Shown here: in pieces, positions 51,440 to 64,000 of the stretch
How the letters are laid out: every line of letters begins with the position of its first letter
How positions within the stretch are numbered: position 1 is the first letter of the stretch
Source of the DNA: Nageia nagi
Lineage: Eukaryota; Plantae; Pinophyta
Reading direction: 5' to 3'
Length of the DNA stretch: 64,000 bases
Assembly: GCA_050084985.1 (NCBI GenBank)
Contig: JBITNC010000002.1
Coordinates: 38,688,001-38,752,000 of the forward strand
The notes under the pieces: generated by a model
What the model was told of the DNA's origin: nothing
Databases searched by the model: none
The model's input: only the letters and a program-made list of their open reading frames with translations
Program-made: the position numbers and the translations under genes

Positions 51440-54400
51440 AGTTACCCCTTACCTCAGGAAAATTTTTATATACTAAAATCTCATTACAAATATGAACTAT
51501 TAATTGAACTTTAAATTGAAATCACATCATATCATTATGATCTCATTCATATCTCATCTAACTACCAGAATTGACCATCTAACTGTCCACATCTTACTTA
51601 CGAAGGAAACATGTTGATCTCATTCATATCTCATATTCATCCAATTTAAAAATCATCAAACTTATATCAAATTTATCACATTTTCCCTCAAATTTTTTAG
51701 CAAATAAAAACTCATGGTATGGTTCTCGTAATAGTACATGCAAATTGATAATTTTCTTCATTGACAACAAACTTGCAATTTTGACAATTTTAATTCTTTG
51801 TTAAAAAATAACTTGAATTATATTATAAACTTAATAAATGGGTCTAAGGCACTCATTCATACATTATTATCCACTTACTTGAAGGTTAGGATTTAATCAT
51901 CTTCACTTCTTTCAACTTTTGCAACTTTGTAGCAATTTTTTGAAAACTTTTTGATCAACTTGAGTATAACTCCAAATTATTTAAAATGATGAAATCTAAT
52001 TATCATAACACATATACATTCCTAAAACATTCATTTATTCAAAATTTTTGCCTCTGATTCTAACTTTTTCATATTTTGACCCTCTTGCTTCATGATTGAA
52101 CAATTCTTTCAAACCTAAAATTTTCAAAATAATGTCAACTTCTAATAAGCATACATATTATTTTACATATTTAATTAAGCCCATTATTTTTAAATTATAA
52201 ATTTGGAATCATAAATTTCAACAAAAAACATCTGACCTATGTAAAAATAATTGAGTTAGGAGCTAAATAGATAAAATTTTATACTTGTCAAACCTGAAAC
52301 TTAAAATAGCCTATTTTTTTTGAACTTGCATATTTTTTTTAAGATCTAGCCATTATACATATAACTTTATGGAGCAATGGCACTCCATATGTAGCTATGA
52401 AACTCCACACCCCACTCCTATTGATCACTAATTTTTCCTTAAAAATCTATAACTTCATATTTTTGCAGAAAGTTGACTTGTATTTCTAAAGGATTACACA
52501 TATGATAGAAGAGGTACAACATATAGGTAGGGATTAGTCATAAGATTTGACATTTATAGTTTGACATCCAAGAGATACTGTTTAACCCTACAAATTTGAC
52601 CTAATCCAAACTCTAAGTTTCACCCATTTGCTATTAATCTTGGCTTCCTACAAATTTTATTTAAAATGTAAGAAGATACAACACTAGTTTTTTCTCGACT
52701 ATCAATTATTATAGTTAAGTTTTGGTTAAAAAGATTACCTTCAACTATGATAGGGGTTTCTTGAACTTTCAATTCTTAGTGTTTGATCACTACATAAATC
52801 TTATGAGTAGGCTTTTTGATATTTTTAGTTTTTGAAGGATAATAACAAGCATTATGTGGTCCCTATATTCAAAGCACCCTTGTTCAGGAGCAAGGGGGTT
52901 TACACTTCAAGTTGTTCTTATTATCCTCAAAATTATACCTCTTTTGAGGATTCATTCTTGTCATAACCCTTCCCTTTTCCTTTCTCATTAGAGTGTCTTT
53001 TTCTATCATTCTTGTTTTGGCTAGTATATTCATGTTTCTTTCTCTTAGACCAAAACATAGAATTCTTACATTTATCACCATCCTTAGTTGAATACTCTTG
53101 AGTGCTTTTTCCTAAAATTTTGGTTACTCTCCTACTTTTGGACCTTGTGATATGCCTTTTGAAGAGCTTTATATTGATGTAGGTTTATAATTATCTTAAT
53201 CCTAGGATTCAATCCAAATATGAACTTTTGAATTTTTAGGTTTTCATTGGTCTCATATTCTAGCACACATATTTCAACAACCTAACATACTGCTAGAAGT
53301 AATACTCTATAGAATTCCAATCTTGTACTAGCTAGGTGAACTCATTAAATATCTCTATAAAGTATTTCATAGATATGAACCTAGCTATGAAAGCTTTCAT
53401 AAATTCCTTCTAGGGAATATCAAATGGTCATTTCTTCTACCCATCTAAGTAAGTGCTCTACCTTTGTAATGCCATGTTTGTTAGATGCATGCTTTCCCAA
53501 GCAATCTTAGTGGGAGAGGAGTAAATATTTATTAAGAAGAAGAATTTCAATTCTAAAATCCATATTTAATTAGGATCTTCTTTTTCTTTCTTATTATACT
53601 TTAGTACTTGATAGTTCTTAAGATCTCTTGATATTTCAATAAGTACTATAGCTTGCATTTTTTGAGATTCATCTTCACTAGATTCATCTCGATTGATATC
53701 ATCAACTTGCCCTTTAGATCCTTTACCTTGAATCATATGATGTATGTTTTTTTGAAGTTGTTATATTGTTGCAATTAACAAAACTATTTGAGCCTCATGA
53801 CTAATCTAACCATGGGTTTCATCATTCCCATCCTGATTGCGGGTTTCTTCATTCCCTTTTCCAATATTTTCCCTTAAATATCAAATGGAATATAACCTTG
53901 TACTTCTTAGGTTGGCTTACTTAGCCTCACCGTAGATCCTCACCATTATTTTCCTAAAAAATATCATCATTATATATTTAGTTCGAGAGCCCAAGTTTTA
54001 AGGGCCTAGTGCTTGAATATGGTGTTGATACCAAATGCTATATCCTACTTTAACCAAGAACCTTTTTTGTAATGAATAGCATATTTTATAGCATATACAT
54101 CCCTATCATGTTGCTGGAAATAACATGTGAGGTATACGAAAATTCCATGCATGGAGCATAATTCATAATAGTTCCCTATGTAGTAGTTTCAAGTCCATTT
54201 CCTATACAATGGAGTCAACATAAACTATAAGGCATCTCTTTCATTTGTAAATCCCTCAAAGATACTTCCAATATCTATATCATATTAGGTTCTTAGAGAC
54301 TTTATTTCTCATACCCAAAGGGTTACAAGTGATTACCACCTTGGTCAACATATGAGCATGCTTTTGCCAAAAGGTCTTCCCATTTCACTTAAATATGAAG
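51440..54400 (-). mobile_element. Decayed gypsy-like element (PBS, gag/protease remnants, PPT-like tract)
   Basis: Minus-strand ...TAGCA-TT-TGGTATCAAC at ~54025-54037. Degenerate zinc-knuckle (GCFEY.DH) and IDS protease-like traces at ~52690-52880. GAGGTAAGGGG near 51450. Confidence 0.5.
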
Positions 54401-54864
54401 ATGTTTTACAATTGTAGTCTTTTAGAGCTTTTCCAACTCTCAACCTACTACTTTTAAGTTCCTTTTAATTCCCCAAGTACCTATATCCTTTCCATAGAAT
54501 TAGGTTATCATTATTAAAGTAACATGTACATCCTTTCTTAATACTTTACTAATATGTAACTAGACCTTGTTGTATAATTTAGAACCAACTCATTTTACTG
54601 TTGTTATCAGAATCAAGTGATTCATAATTTATGGAATTATCTTACACCCTTTTTGTTAACCAACTAATATTTGAAAAATTATTATCCATTGCTTTCCCTT
54701 GGGTTTCAAATTTATCTAATTCCTTTAACTAGTTTTGTAAGAATACAAGAGTTAGTGCAATTGGTTAATCATTTAGATGATGTCTTGCTTAATTAATATC
54801 TTTAAATAAGCTTTCTTCTATATTTACAAATTTCCTTTTATAAGTCAAATGACTAAGCTAACTA

Positions 54865-54871
54865 TACACAC

Positions 54872-54945
<74 letters not shown>
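54865..54945. repeat. (CA)n microsatellite
   Basis: Seen directly; two interruptions. Confidence 0.95.
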
Positions 54946-54947
<2 letters not shown>

Positions 54948-55070
54948 TAGCCATTCATAAGATTAAGATTACATCGACAAAAAAGAGCACATGAATTATT
55001 TTAGCTTTCCTAATACATCATTAAGGATCTTCTAGATTCTTTTTGAATAAAATTAGTCCTAGGGATAAAG

Positions 55071-58058
55071 TGTTAGGATTTAGCAATTCCATTATGTGAG
55101 AGAAAATTGGAAAATAGGAACAAAAAAATATGCATATAAAAAGAATACAAAATTTGACAAGGTTCACTCAACAACTCCTACCATCACATATACATGAGTC
55201 ATCATTGAGAAACCATAAGGATCACCTTGTATCTACCATTTGTATCATTTTGGTTATTAAGTCCTCCATGAGAGCCTTCATCCACATTCTTTCCTAGCAA
55301 TACATGTGAGACCTTTTTCTCATGTTCGTTTCTATGTGATCCACCTCCTATGCCATAGAATGCAAGGTATTACATTTTCTCTTTCACCTATTATTATTGG
55401 CTACCTCCAAGTGCTTACTATTTTAACTCAATCATATTTACAATATATTTGTATTTCATATTAATTCATCACCCAATTAATTTTATTTAATAATAACGAT
55501 GATTCTTCATTTCAAGATGATGAAACTTGAGTTGCATCTTGGAGCATCATATATCTTTCAGTCATTAATCATAATGACTTGGTCTCACAAAGTTTTACCA
55601 TAGCTCATCCATCATTTGGTTGAATCATGTTCCACATACCTGACAATCTCCCACTTAGATATTTATTCACTACTTTAGATAGCAACACAGCTTCATCTTC
55701 TTCTTGTGATACTTTATGAACTCCTCTGGGTCCATATTTGATCAACCATATTCTCATGCAATATTCTTGAAGTATTTACTTGTACCCTTGTCCCTATGTT
55801 TTCATCTTACATACAAAACACCATGCACCATCCAACCTTATGGGTTGACAACTCCTACTCCTTGGATTTGCATGCATAAACACTCACCACCATCAGTATG
55901 AAAATCATATGAAACTACATGGAAATTTAGACTTCATGTCCATCTTCTAAAATCCTTGTTAGAATTTTTTTTATCCTAATGTTGAGGATCATTTGTACCC
56001 TTTGTATTCATATCAACTCCTTGAAGCCTCCTTCTATAACATCTCACTTGATCACTAACATCATTGCTCCTAATTAAGAATACTCACATCCCAAATTGTA
56101 AACCATATATAGGACTAAGGAAGGGATGAGACAAGAAAAGTGATTAGGTTCTCTTTCTTCTCATCCTATTTCCCATAATATAGAATAAAGCTCACCTCAG
56201 TTTTCCCACCTCTACTATAGCTCCTAGCACCCACTTAAACCAAAATCCACCCAATATTAAGGTTTGATACCAATTGTTGGGATTTAGCTATTCCATTATG
56301 TGAGAGAAAATTGAACAAAAAAACTAAAAAAAATATGCAAACAAAAAGGATATAAATTTGATGAGGTTCACTCAATAACTCTTTCCATCATATATACATA
56401 ATTCATCCTTGATAAAGCACTAGAATCACCTAATATCTATCATCTGTATTATTTCAGCCATGAAGTCCTACATGAGAGCCTTGATCCACATCCTTTCCTC
56501 CTAATACATGTGAAACCCTTTTCACACATCCATTTCCATATGATCCAAATCCTATGTCATGGAATGCAAGGTCTTTACCTTTTTCTTATCACCTATTATT
56601 GTTGATTATCTCCAAGCACTTACTATTTTAATTTAATAACATTTACAATATATTTGTATGTCATGTTAATTCATCACTTAATAAATTTTATTTAATAATA
56701 AATATGATTCTTCATTTCAAGTTTATGAAACCTAAGTTACATCTTGGAGCATCATATATCCTTCAATCATCAATCATCATGAATTGGTATCATGGAGTTC
56801 CACTATAGCTCATCCATTATTTGGGTGAATCAAGTTCCACTCACGAAACAATCTCCCACTTGGAGACTAATTCATTGCTTCAGATAGTAGCACAAATTAA
56901 TCTTTTTATTGTGATGTTCTATGAAATAATCCTAGTACATATTGGATCAACCATATATCCTCATGCAATATTCTTCAAATCTTTCCTTATGCCCTTGTGC
57001 CTCTATTTTTATCTTGTATACATAACACCATGTACTAGCTAGCCTTATGGGTTGAAAACTCCCACTCCTTGGATTTCCTCGCATAAACATTCACCACCAT
57101 TAGTATGCAAATCATATGAAACTATAGGGAACTTTATAATTCACCTCCATATTTTAACATCCTTTGTAGAATTTCCTTTATCCTATTTTTGAAGATCCTT
57201 TACATCCTTTATATCCATATCACCTCTTTGAAGCCTCCTTCTACAAGATCTCACCTAATCTCTAACATCAATGATCCTAATCAATAACAATCATATCCCA
57301 AATTGAAAGCCATATATAGGATTGAGTAAGGGATGAGACAAGAAAAGTGATCAGGTTCTCTTGTTGCTCATGCCATTTCCCATAATCTAGAATAAAGCTC
57401 ACATCTATTTGCTTATATCTACTTTATCTCCTAGCTTCCATGTAAACTAAAATCTACCCAACATTAAAATCTAATGCCAATTGTTATGATTTAGCTATTC
57501 CATTATATGAGAACAAATTGAATAACAAAAATAAAATAAATATGTAGACAAATAGAACACAAAATTTGATGAGGTTCACTCAACAACTCTTGCCATCACA
57601 TATACATGAGTCATCCTTGAGATACCACCAAGATCAACTCATATCCACCATCTATATCATTTTAGTCATGAAGTCCTCTATGAGAGCCTTCATCAACATC
57701 CTTTCCTATAAATACATGTAAGATCCTTTTCTCACCTCCATTTCTATATGATCCACCTTCTATGCTATAGAATGCATGGTATTTAGCTTTGCCTTTTCAC
57801 TTTTTATTATTGATTGCCTCTAAGTGCTTATTATTTTTGCTCAATAAAATTTAAGATATATTCATATATGATGTTAATTCATCATCCAATTAATTTCATT
57901 TAATAATAAATATGATTCTCTATTTCAAGATGATGAAACCTAAGCTGCATCTTGGAGCATCATATATCCTTCAATCATCAATCATCATGACTTGGTCTCA
58001 CAACATTCCACCATAGCTCATCCATCATTCTAATTAATCAGGCTCCACACATCCAACA
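55071..58058 (-). mobile_element. Tandem-array non-autonomous LTR retroelement (LTR-internal-LTR-internal-LTR; TRIM/SMART-like)
   Basis: Three ~575-bp TG...CA LTRs (55071-55645, 56275-56850, 57482-58058) and two ~630-bp internal segments. On the minus strand each internal segment has a PBS (TGGTATCAAACC at 56261-56272; degraded copy near 57470) and a PPT (AAGTGGGAGAT at ~55646-55656 and ~56851-56861). No intact ORF. Confidence 0.9.
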
Positions 58059-58699
58059 CAAAATGGCCTCTTCATAACTTTTTATACATATCATAGTTAT
58101 CATACAACATATGTCAAAGTCCATTCTCGAGAATACAACCATTGTGGATGATTTATAAATCCATCTAGTAGTCCATGAGAGTAATCAAATAGTAGCTATG
58201 ATACACATATACATGTTCATACTCACATTTGGTTCTAATGTAGGTATGGGTGACTATATCCTTTCGATGTAGAACCACATATTTATTAGTGTCTTCATAT
58301 CCATGATTATCAACTAAATCCATGATGTTTATACAATAATTATAACCACATCAACTATTATCTCATAATTAGAACATCAAATTGAAAAGAAAAATAAGAA
58401 GTAGTTCAATAATTTATAGCTATCTAATTCTAAATAAATGTACTAATTTTTATAAGTGAAAAATAGAGGACTTAGGGTTGAGTGAGCTTGTTCTTCCATG
58501 AAAATTGAAGTTATTTCCCACAACAAGATAGTAGTAGTCTTATTGGATCAAGCACTATGACCCCCCAAGATTTGTGGAGCCCCTACTCCATGCACAAAAA
58601 GCACTCATCAATAACTTGTGTGGATATCATAAAAAAGAAATATCTGAGTATTTTCACAAGGTTTAATATAAGACAAAGTGTTTATGTGTAAAGTTTTCT

Positions 58700-61600
58700 T
58701 TTGTTTATGTAGATGCCTAAAATTGATTTATTATTTATTGAATAAATCATATTTAGACTTCCTAAATGACTTATTGCAATATTCCAAATGTTAAGATAAA
58801 ATTGATACTACAGTGCAATACCATATGTTATGTTAAATGCTATATCATTTATCATGGTTTTATATTTTAAACTATCTTGAATACAATAATGATTATATTA
58901 TTGCTAGAGGTTGCCCTTCACTCCTTTCTATATCTTTGTAGACTTTATATGCAAGTGGATGAGTTTTACCTCCAGAGATTGGAACTCTTTGAGATGATAA
59001 GATCTTTGATAGGTAGTTGAATTCCAAAATCTTCATCAAGTTATAGTGTCTTTTGATGCCACCAATTATGAGAAATTATTATAATCTGAGCTCTAAAACT
59101 TTCTATCTTTGGTGCACATCATAATTGTACTTATTCCATGCTACTAATGGCATGCAAATTCTAGATCAAGGGTTGCAAGTTTTGGTGGTTGAGTTGTTGA
59201 TTAATGTACACAAAGATCTATTATGAACTTATCACAAATATGATCCCAATCCTTCAAAGATTCATTGCTATTTACTTTTGAGGATTGTACATACATTTCA
59301 TATTAGGTTCATGTGTTTCATGTATATTTATAGTATCTAATATAGTGTATATATCTATTCTTCTTATATATTAGATCTATTTATTTATTATGTATATTCA
59401 TATTTTACATAATTTGAGGTCTACATTTTAGTGAACCCAATATTCTTACACACCTAGATTCTTTTCTAAGGAATCTCTTCTTATGAGAATGAATCTATTT
59501 GTATTATTATCTCTTTCCTTACTCAAGGTACTTAGAGTAATAGATAGAGAAAATGATAAAACTAAGGTTTGTTCTTCCTACATTCAAAAGTTAAATTTGA
59601 ATGAAGAACAACCTAGGGCTTTACAAGTAAGGTCCATTTAACTATGGAAGAGCCTTATCCTAATGATAGATGGATATTGACGAAGATAACAATACTAAAT
59701 CTACAAATTCTAGCAAAAGGATGGATATTATTGGACAAACTTCTAATAGGTTTAATATTTCTATATATGATTATGATTTTGAAAATATAATTTTGTGAAG
59801 CCATGATGAAACTTTTGATAGTGATACTAAAATTGAAGAATTGGATATAATTTCTAGCCATGTTAGATCAATAAAGGAGTTGCTATCTAATAAAGAAAAA
59901 TTGAAGCATTATCTTACTAAAAATTCTAAAGAGATTATAGATATCTTAATAAATTATGAATTTTTAGAAATGGATTTGACAACATCATAATTCTTAGATA
60001 GTTTATTTTCTTATGAAAATGTAGGGTCTAAAAAATGAAGAGTTATACTACTAAGAAGCACATTGTTAATGGTGTGGACGGTACACACATACCTAACATC
60101 ATGGAAGAAGAGGATACTAAACCTTAGAATAAGGTGATAATCGAAGAATTAAATAAGGAAAGTGAAGTAGAATTTGAACATCTGGTGATGTATTTTGAAT
60201 ATCATAATCCAAGTATGCTTCTTGAAAGTTCTAATAAGGATAAAGGTAAGGGCATGGTGGTTAATGATGAAACTATAGTAGATATTGCTAAACATATTTC
60301 TACAATAGTTATTAATGCCTATAAACATAATCTTAGTTAGTCAAAATAAGAACATGAGATAAAAATTGAAGCTATTATAGATGCTCAAGAAATTGATTAT
60401 TTTCAAAAGGCTAATGAGGAACAACTAAAGAAATTATTGTAAATACGAAACAAACTTTTATAAATACTATAAATAGACTTTTATAGGCATACTAGTTTAG
60501 CAACAATTTTGCAATAATAAGCAATATACATAAAAAAAAATTTGTAAACATTTTATCCTATTCTACATTAAGTAGAAATTTGCAATTCTAAGGTATACTA
60601 ACTTATTATTGCTAAATTTTAGCAAGTTTACCCAAAAACTTGCATATTTTAGGTAGACATTAGGCAATTTAAATTAAAAAAATTGCAACTAAAATAATGC
60701 ATAGTAATAACATTATATTAAACTAACATGTTAGTATAAAAATAATGTATTATCTACTTTAATCAAACTTTGCTAAAATTAAATTTGATAATCAAGGAAA
60801 CAGAATGGTTAGTAATAAAGTAAAATTTGATAATGGACAAGGTAGAGGGGAATTATACCTTCAAGCCTTTTTTACCTCAATAAAGTATATGGAGAAAGAG
60901 AAGGAATGACCTTCAAGGATATTGAAGCAAAGCATCCAAGAATAGCTTTGATACCACTTGAAGAAATTAACTTTTTTTGAATTAACTTCTAATCTCCCAA
61001 GATCTCAAGAAGGCGCTTTCAACATCAACATCATAACACACTAACTAAATCCAATCACACAAATAACACAAGATATAAAGCGATTCCTCCCTCCTGGGAG
61101 TACATCCACTAACTAATATCTTTTTATTCTCAAGGACCTCTCTTACAAAATCTCTTCTCTCTCTCACACTCTAAACCTATAGGAAAGCTTGCAGTACAAT
61201 TGTGTAACTCGAGAAGGGAGGGGTTATTCTCTTTTATAAGAAGAAACCCACTTTATAATTAATTCTTTTTCTATTTTTAATCCTTTAGCTATTTTTAAAC
61301 TCATACCTATTTTTAATCCTTCTCCTATTCTTATTCCCTTAATACTTTAAGGTATCTAATGATACTTTAAGTATTAAGTGAATGTACATTAAGGAGAAAT
61401 ATTACACAATATTACATTACAAATTTTAACAACAACAACTTGTGTTTATGTTAAAATTGGTTGATAAGGTTGAACATGAAATAATACATAGGATTGGACC
61501 ATTTATAGAACTTAAAGAGGGTGAACTTAGAAGGGAAATAGAAAATGAACCACCCTCTCAAACAAGCAATGCACCACCTATAATCCCACCACCAGCCCCA

Positions 61601-63300
61601 AAGATCAATATACCCATAGGAAATCAATCAATAGTGCAAAATCAACAAACAAAATAACCTCAATCATGCTAAATATAGGAAAAAAAATGGATGAAAGGAT
61701 TAAGAAATTAGAAAATGATTTGTCTAAAGATGGTGAAGATGATTTCTTTTTTTTTCTTAACACATCCATTGATTGATAGAATTATTTATAAATTTCTTAT
61801 TGGTAAAAAGAGTGTGAAATTTATGAATTTTGATGGTTTGCAAGATCCAAAAATACATGTTAGAAAATTTCAATAGGAAGCTATGGAATATGTTCATGAT
61901 AGAGATATGCTTGCAAAATTATTTTCAAGTAGCTTAAAGGATGATGCTTTGAAATGGTATTTTATTCTTACTAAAAAGAGTATTGATAAATATGAAGATT
62001 TGATACATAAATTTGTGAGAAACTTTAAATTTAATATCAAAAAAAGTTCAATTTAAAGATTTATGTCAAATTAAGCAATTGCCTAACCAACCTTTGTATG
62101 ATTTTGTGAAAGTATGAAAATAAATTGTAAATAAAATCTTTATGCTTGAGCAAGATTTAAAAGAAACTTTTACTAATACTTTATTACCTATATATAAATT
62201 GTTGGTTATCTCTAATCATAGATTGAAATTAGCTATAATGTTAGATATTTTTCTTAAAGAGGAAGATTGTATTAAGAAAACTTATACAAAAATGTTATCA
62301 AAAACCTCAACTATATGAAAAGAAACCTAAAGTGTATGCAAAGAATACTAAAGTTGCGATAGCTAATGTTGATAGAAACAAGAATAGACCACAAAGAAGG
62401 TTTACAAGCCTAACTGATAGTGTTGATAATTTTCTCAATGTGTTATTAAAAGAAAAACTTATTGAGCTTCCATAAATGGTTCAATAACACTTTTCTAATA
62501 GTGTTACTAAAAATTATAGATATGGAGAATTTTGCAATTATCATAGGACACTAGGGAACCTAACAAGAAATTGTAGGTTTTAAAAAATATCATTCAAGAT
62601 TTCATTGATAAGAATGAAATTCATATGGATGATAATCCTAAAGCATACAAAGGAACTGTACATCCTGATAATGGATAATTGGATATATATACTAACCCTA
62701 AAGTTACCAAAGATAACTCAACAACCAAAATGCTTCAATTATTTGGTAAGTACTTCACATTGTATGAAATATTATTTCCCTAATAGCCATGAGTGAAAAA
62801 GACATCAACAACAAGTAAGCAAAGGCTCTAATGAAGAGAGAAAAAACACCATGTCAAATCTTATAGGATGAATGCTACTGATAGTGTGCAAGACTATCTG
62901 CATGCTACCAATGATGTTCGCTACACTACCAAAAAGGCATCTATTTTTGTTCTTGCATTTTCAAATTATGTATGAGCTATTAAACCTTCCCATGTATGCA
63001 AAGTTATTGCTTAAAGTTAAAAAATTCATATTTGTGTTGTATGATAGGTAGGTTATTTTCTACATGGTCAAAAGGGTATGTTGCACTATCATAATGGTCA
63101 TGTAATGGTCTTATTATTCTTCTTAGTAGGTTTTGAAGGGTCCCTCATATAGTTTTCTTTTAAAACTATCAAAACCCACATCATTAATTATGTGCAACTA
63201 TTTTTGCATCGTTAATAGTGTGCCTTTCTCAAACTAGAATAAAATGCAATAGTATATCATGCTTCCTTGTAGTTCATTGAGATATTTTAGGAGGGTATCA
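58700..63300 (+). mobile_element. Decayed Ty3/gypsy (Tat/Ogre/Athila-like) LTR + gag remnant
   Basis: LTR ending ...CTACA-TTTTAGTGAACCC at ~59425. Gag remnants FDGLQDPKIHVRKF..LAKLFSSSLKDDALKWYF and FCNYHRTLG..IIQDFIDKNEI. The LTR is an inverted homolog of 37717-38555. Boundaries approximate. Confidence 0.78.
60945..61431 (-). mobile_element. Copia-family 5' LTR (60959-61431) with PBS, nested in a gypsy element
   Basis: Minus-strand TGTTAA...TTCA, then AG, then TGGTATCAAAGC. Homologous to the LTRs at 31140-31634 and ~4975-5356 (GGAGTACATCCACTAACT motif, hairpin). Confidence 0.8.
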
Positions 63301-64000
63301 TTAACTCTTGCATCTGTTAAAGAATAAAAATTGATCTGTAATCACCAGATGCTTATAACATACATTTATCCTCACTTATAGATTCAAACAAAAATTATTC
63401 ACCATTATGAGATCATACAATTACATATAAAATTTAAAATTTCCTTAATATAAATCATAAAATACTAGCAATCTCAAATACATAATAAGATCAACATAAT
63501 GATTTACCCTGGTTCACCTAATATGGGCTAATCCAACATAGAATTAAATCCTTCTCTTCTCATTGTCTATGGACATTACAATATTACATGCATAGAGAAA
63601 ATACCATTAACATGATGGCAATACAATCTCCTACAATTATTCCAATTTCTACAGTAAGAAGAAAATAACCTTAAAAATACAAAATTTTGGAATGACTCTT
63701 GGTATTCCTTCAAATATTATAATCACAAAATCCTAAAAATCTCCATCATCTCTATATGGAATCAAAGAGTAGCATGCCCCTTAAATAATCTTGGAATCAT
63801 CTCCAAGATACTGATCGAACACACTAAACTACTCAGCTATCCAAAATATCGATGTCCATTCAACTTCCCCTACTAGCTCATCAAGATGCATGCTATTTTT
63901 TGTTTGGTTTTATATATTGATCAACTCCAAATTTTAGTCTTTGACTTATCTCCAAGCATAGATACATATAGAATGAGTACTTCTCCTGCAAAGACAACCT

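Overview
AT-rich, CpG-depleted plant nuclear DNA, probably a gymnosperm/conifer (inferred from PPR wording and retroelement types, not proven). It has three 100-N scaffold gaps. Only two intact host genes are supported: + strand paralogous 4-exon 2-oxoglutarate/Fe(II) dioxygenases of the SRG1/LBO-like group (26118-27748, ~370 aa; 42622-44094, ~365 aa), both needing a non-canonical GC-AG first intron. The rest is mostly transposon-derived or decayed. It includes a full-length but inactivated Ty1/copia with non-canonical TG...CT LTRs and an AAACA target-site duplication (TSD) 122 bp after the second gene's stop codon. There is also a three-LTR tandem non-autonomous retroelement (55071-58058), a MULE with a perfect 9-bp TSD, a CACTA right end, nested decayed gypsy/copia remnants and tandem PLS-class PPR pseudogenes. 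Structural oddities include a 244-bp palindrome, an inverted duplication of the second gene's G-box-containing promoter, and a templated filler-DNA junction. No CRISPR, rRNA or tRNA genes were seen.
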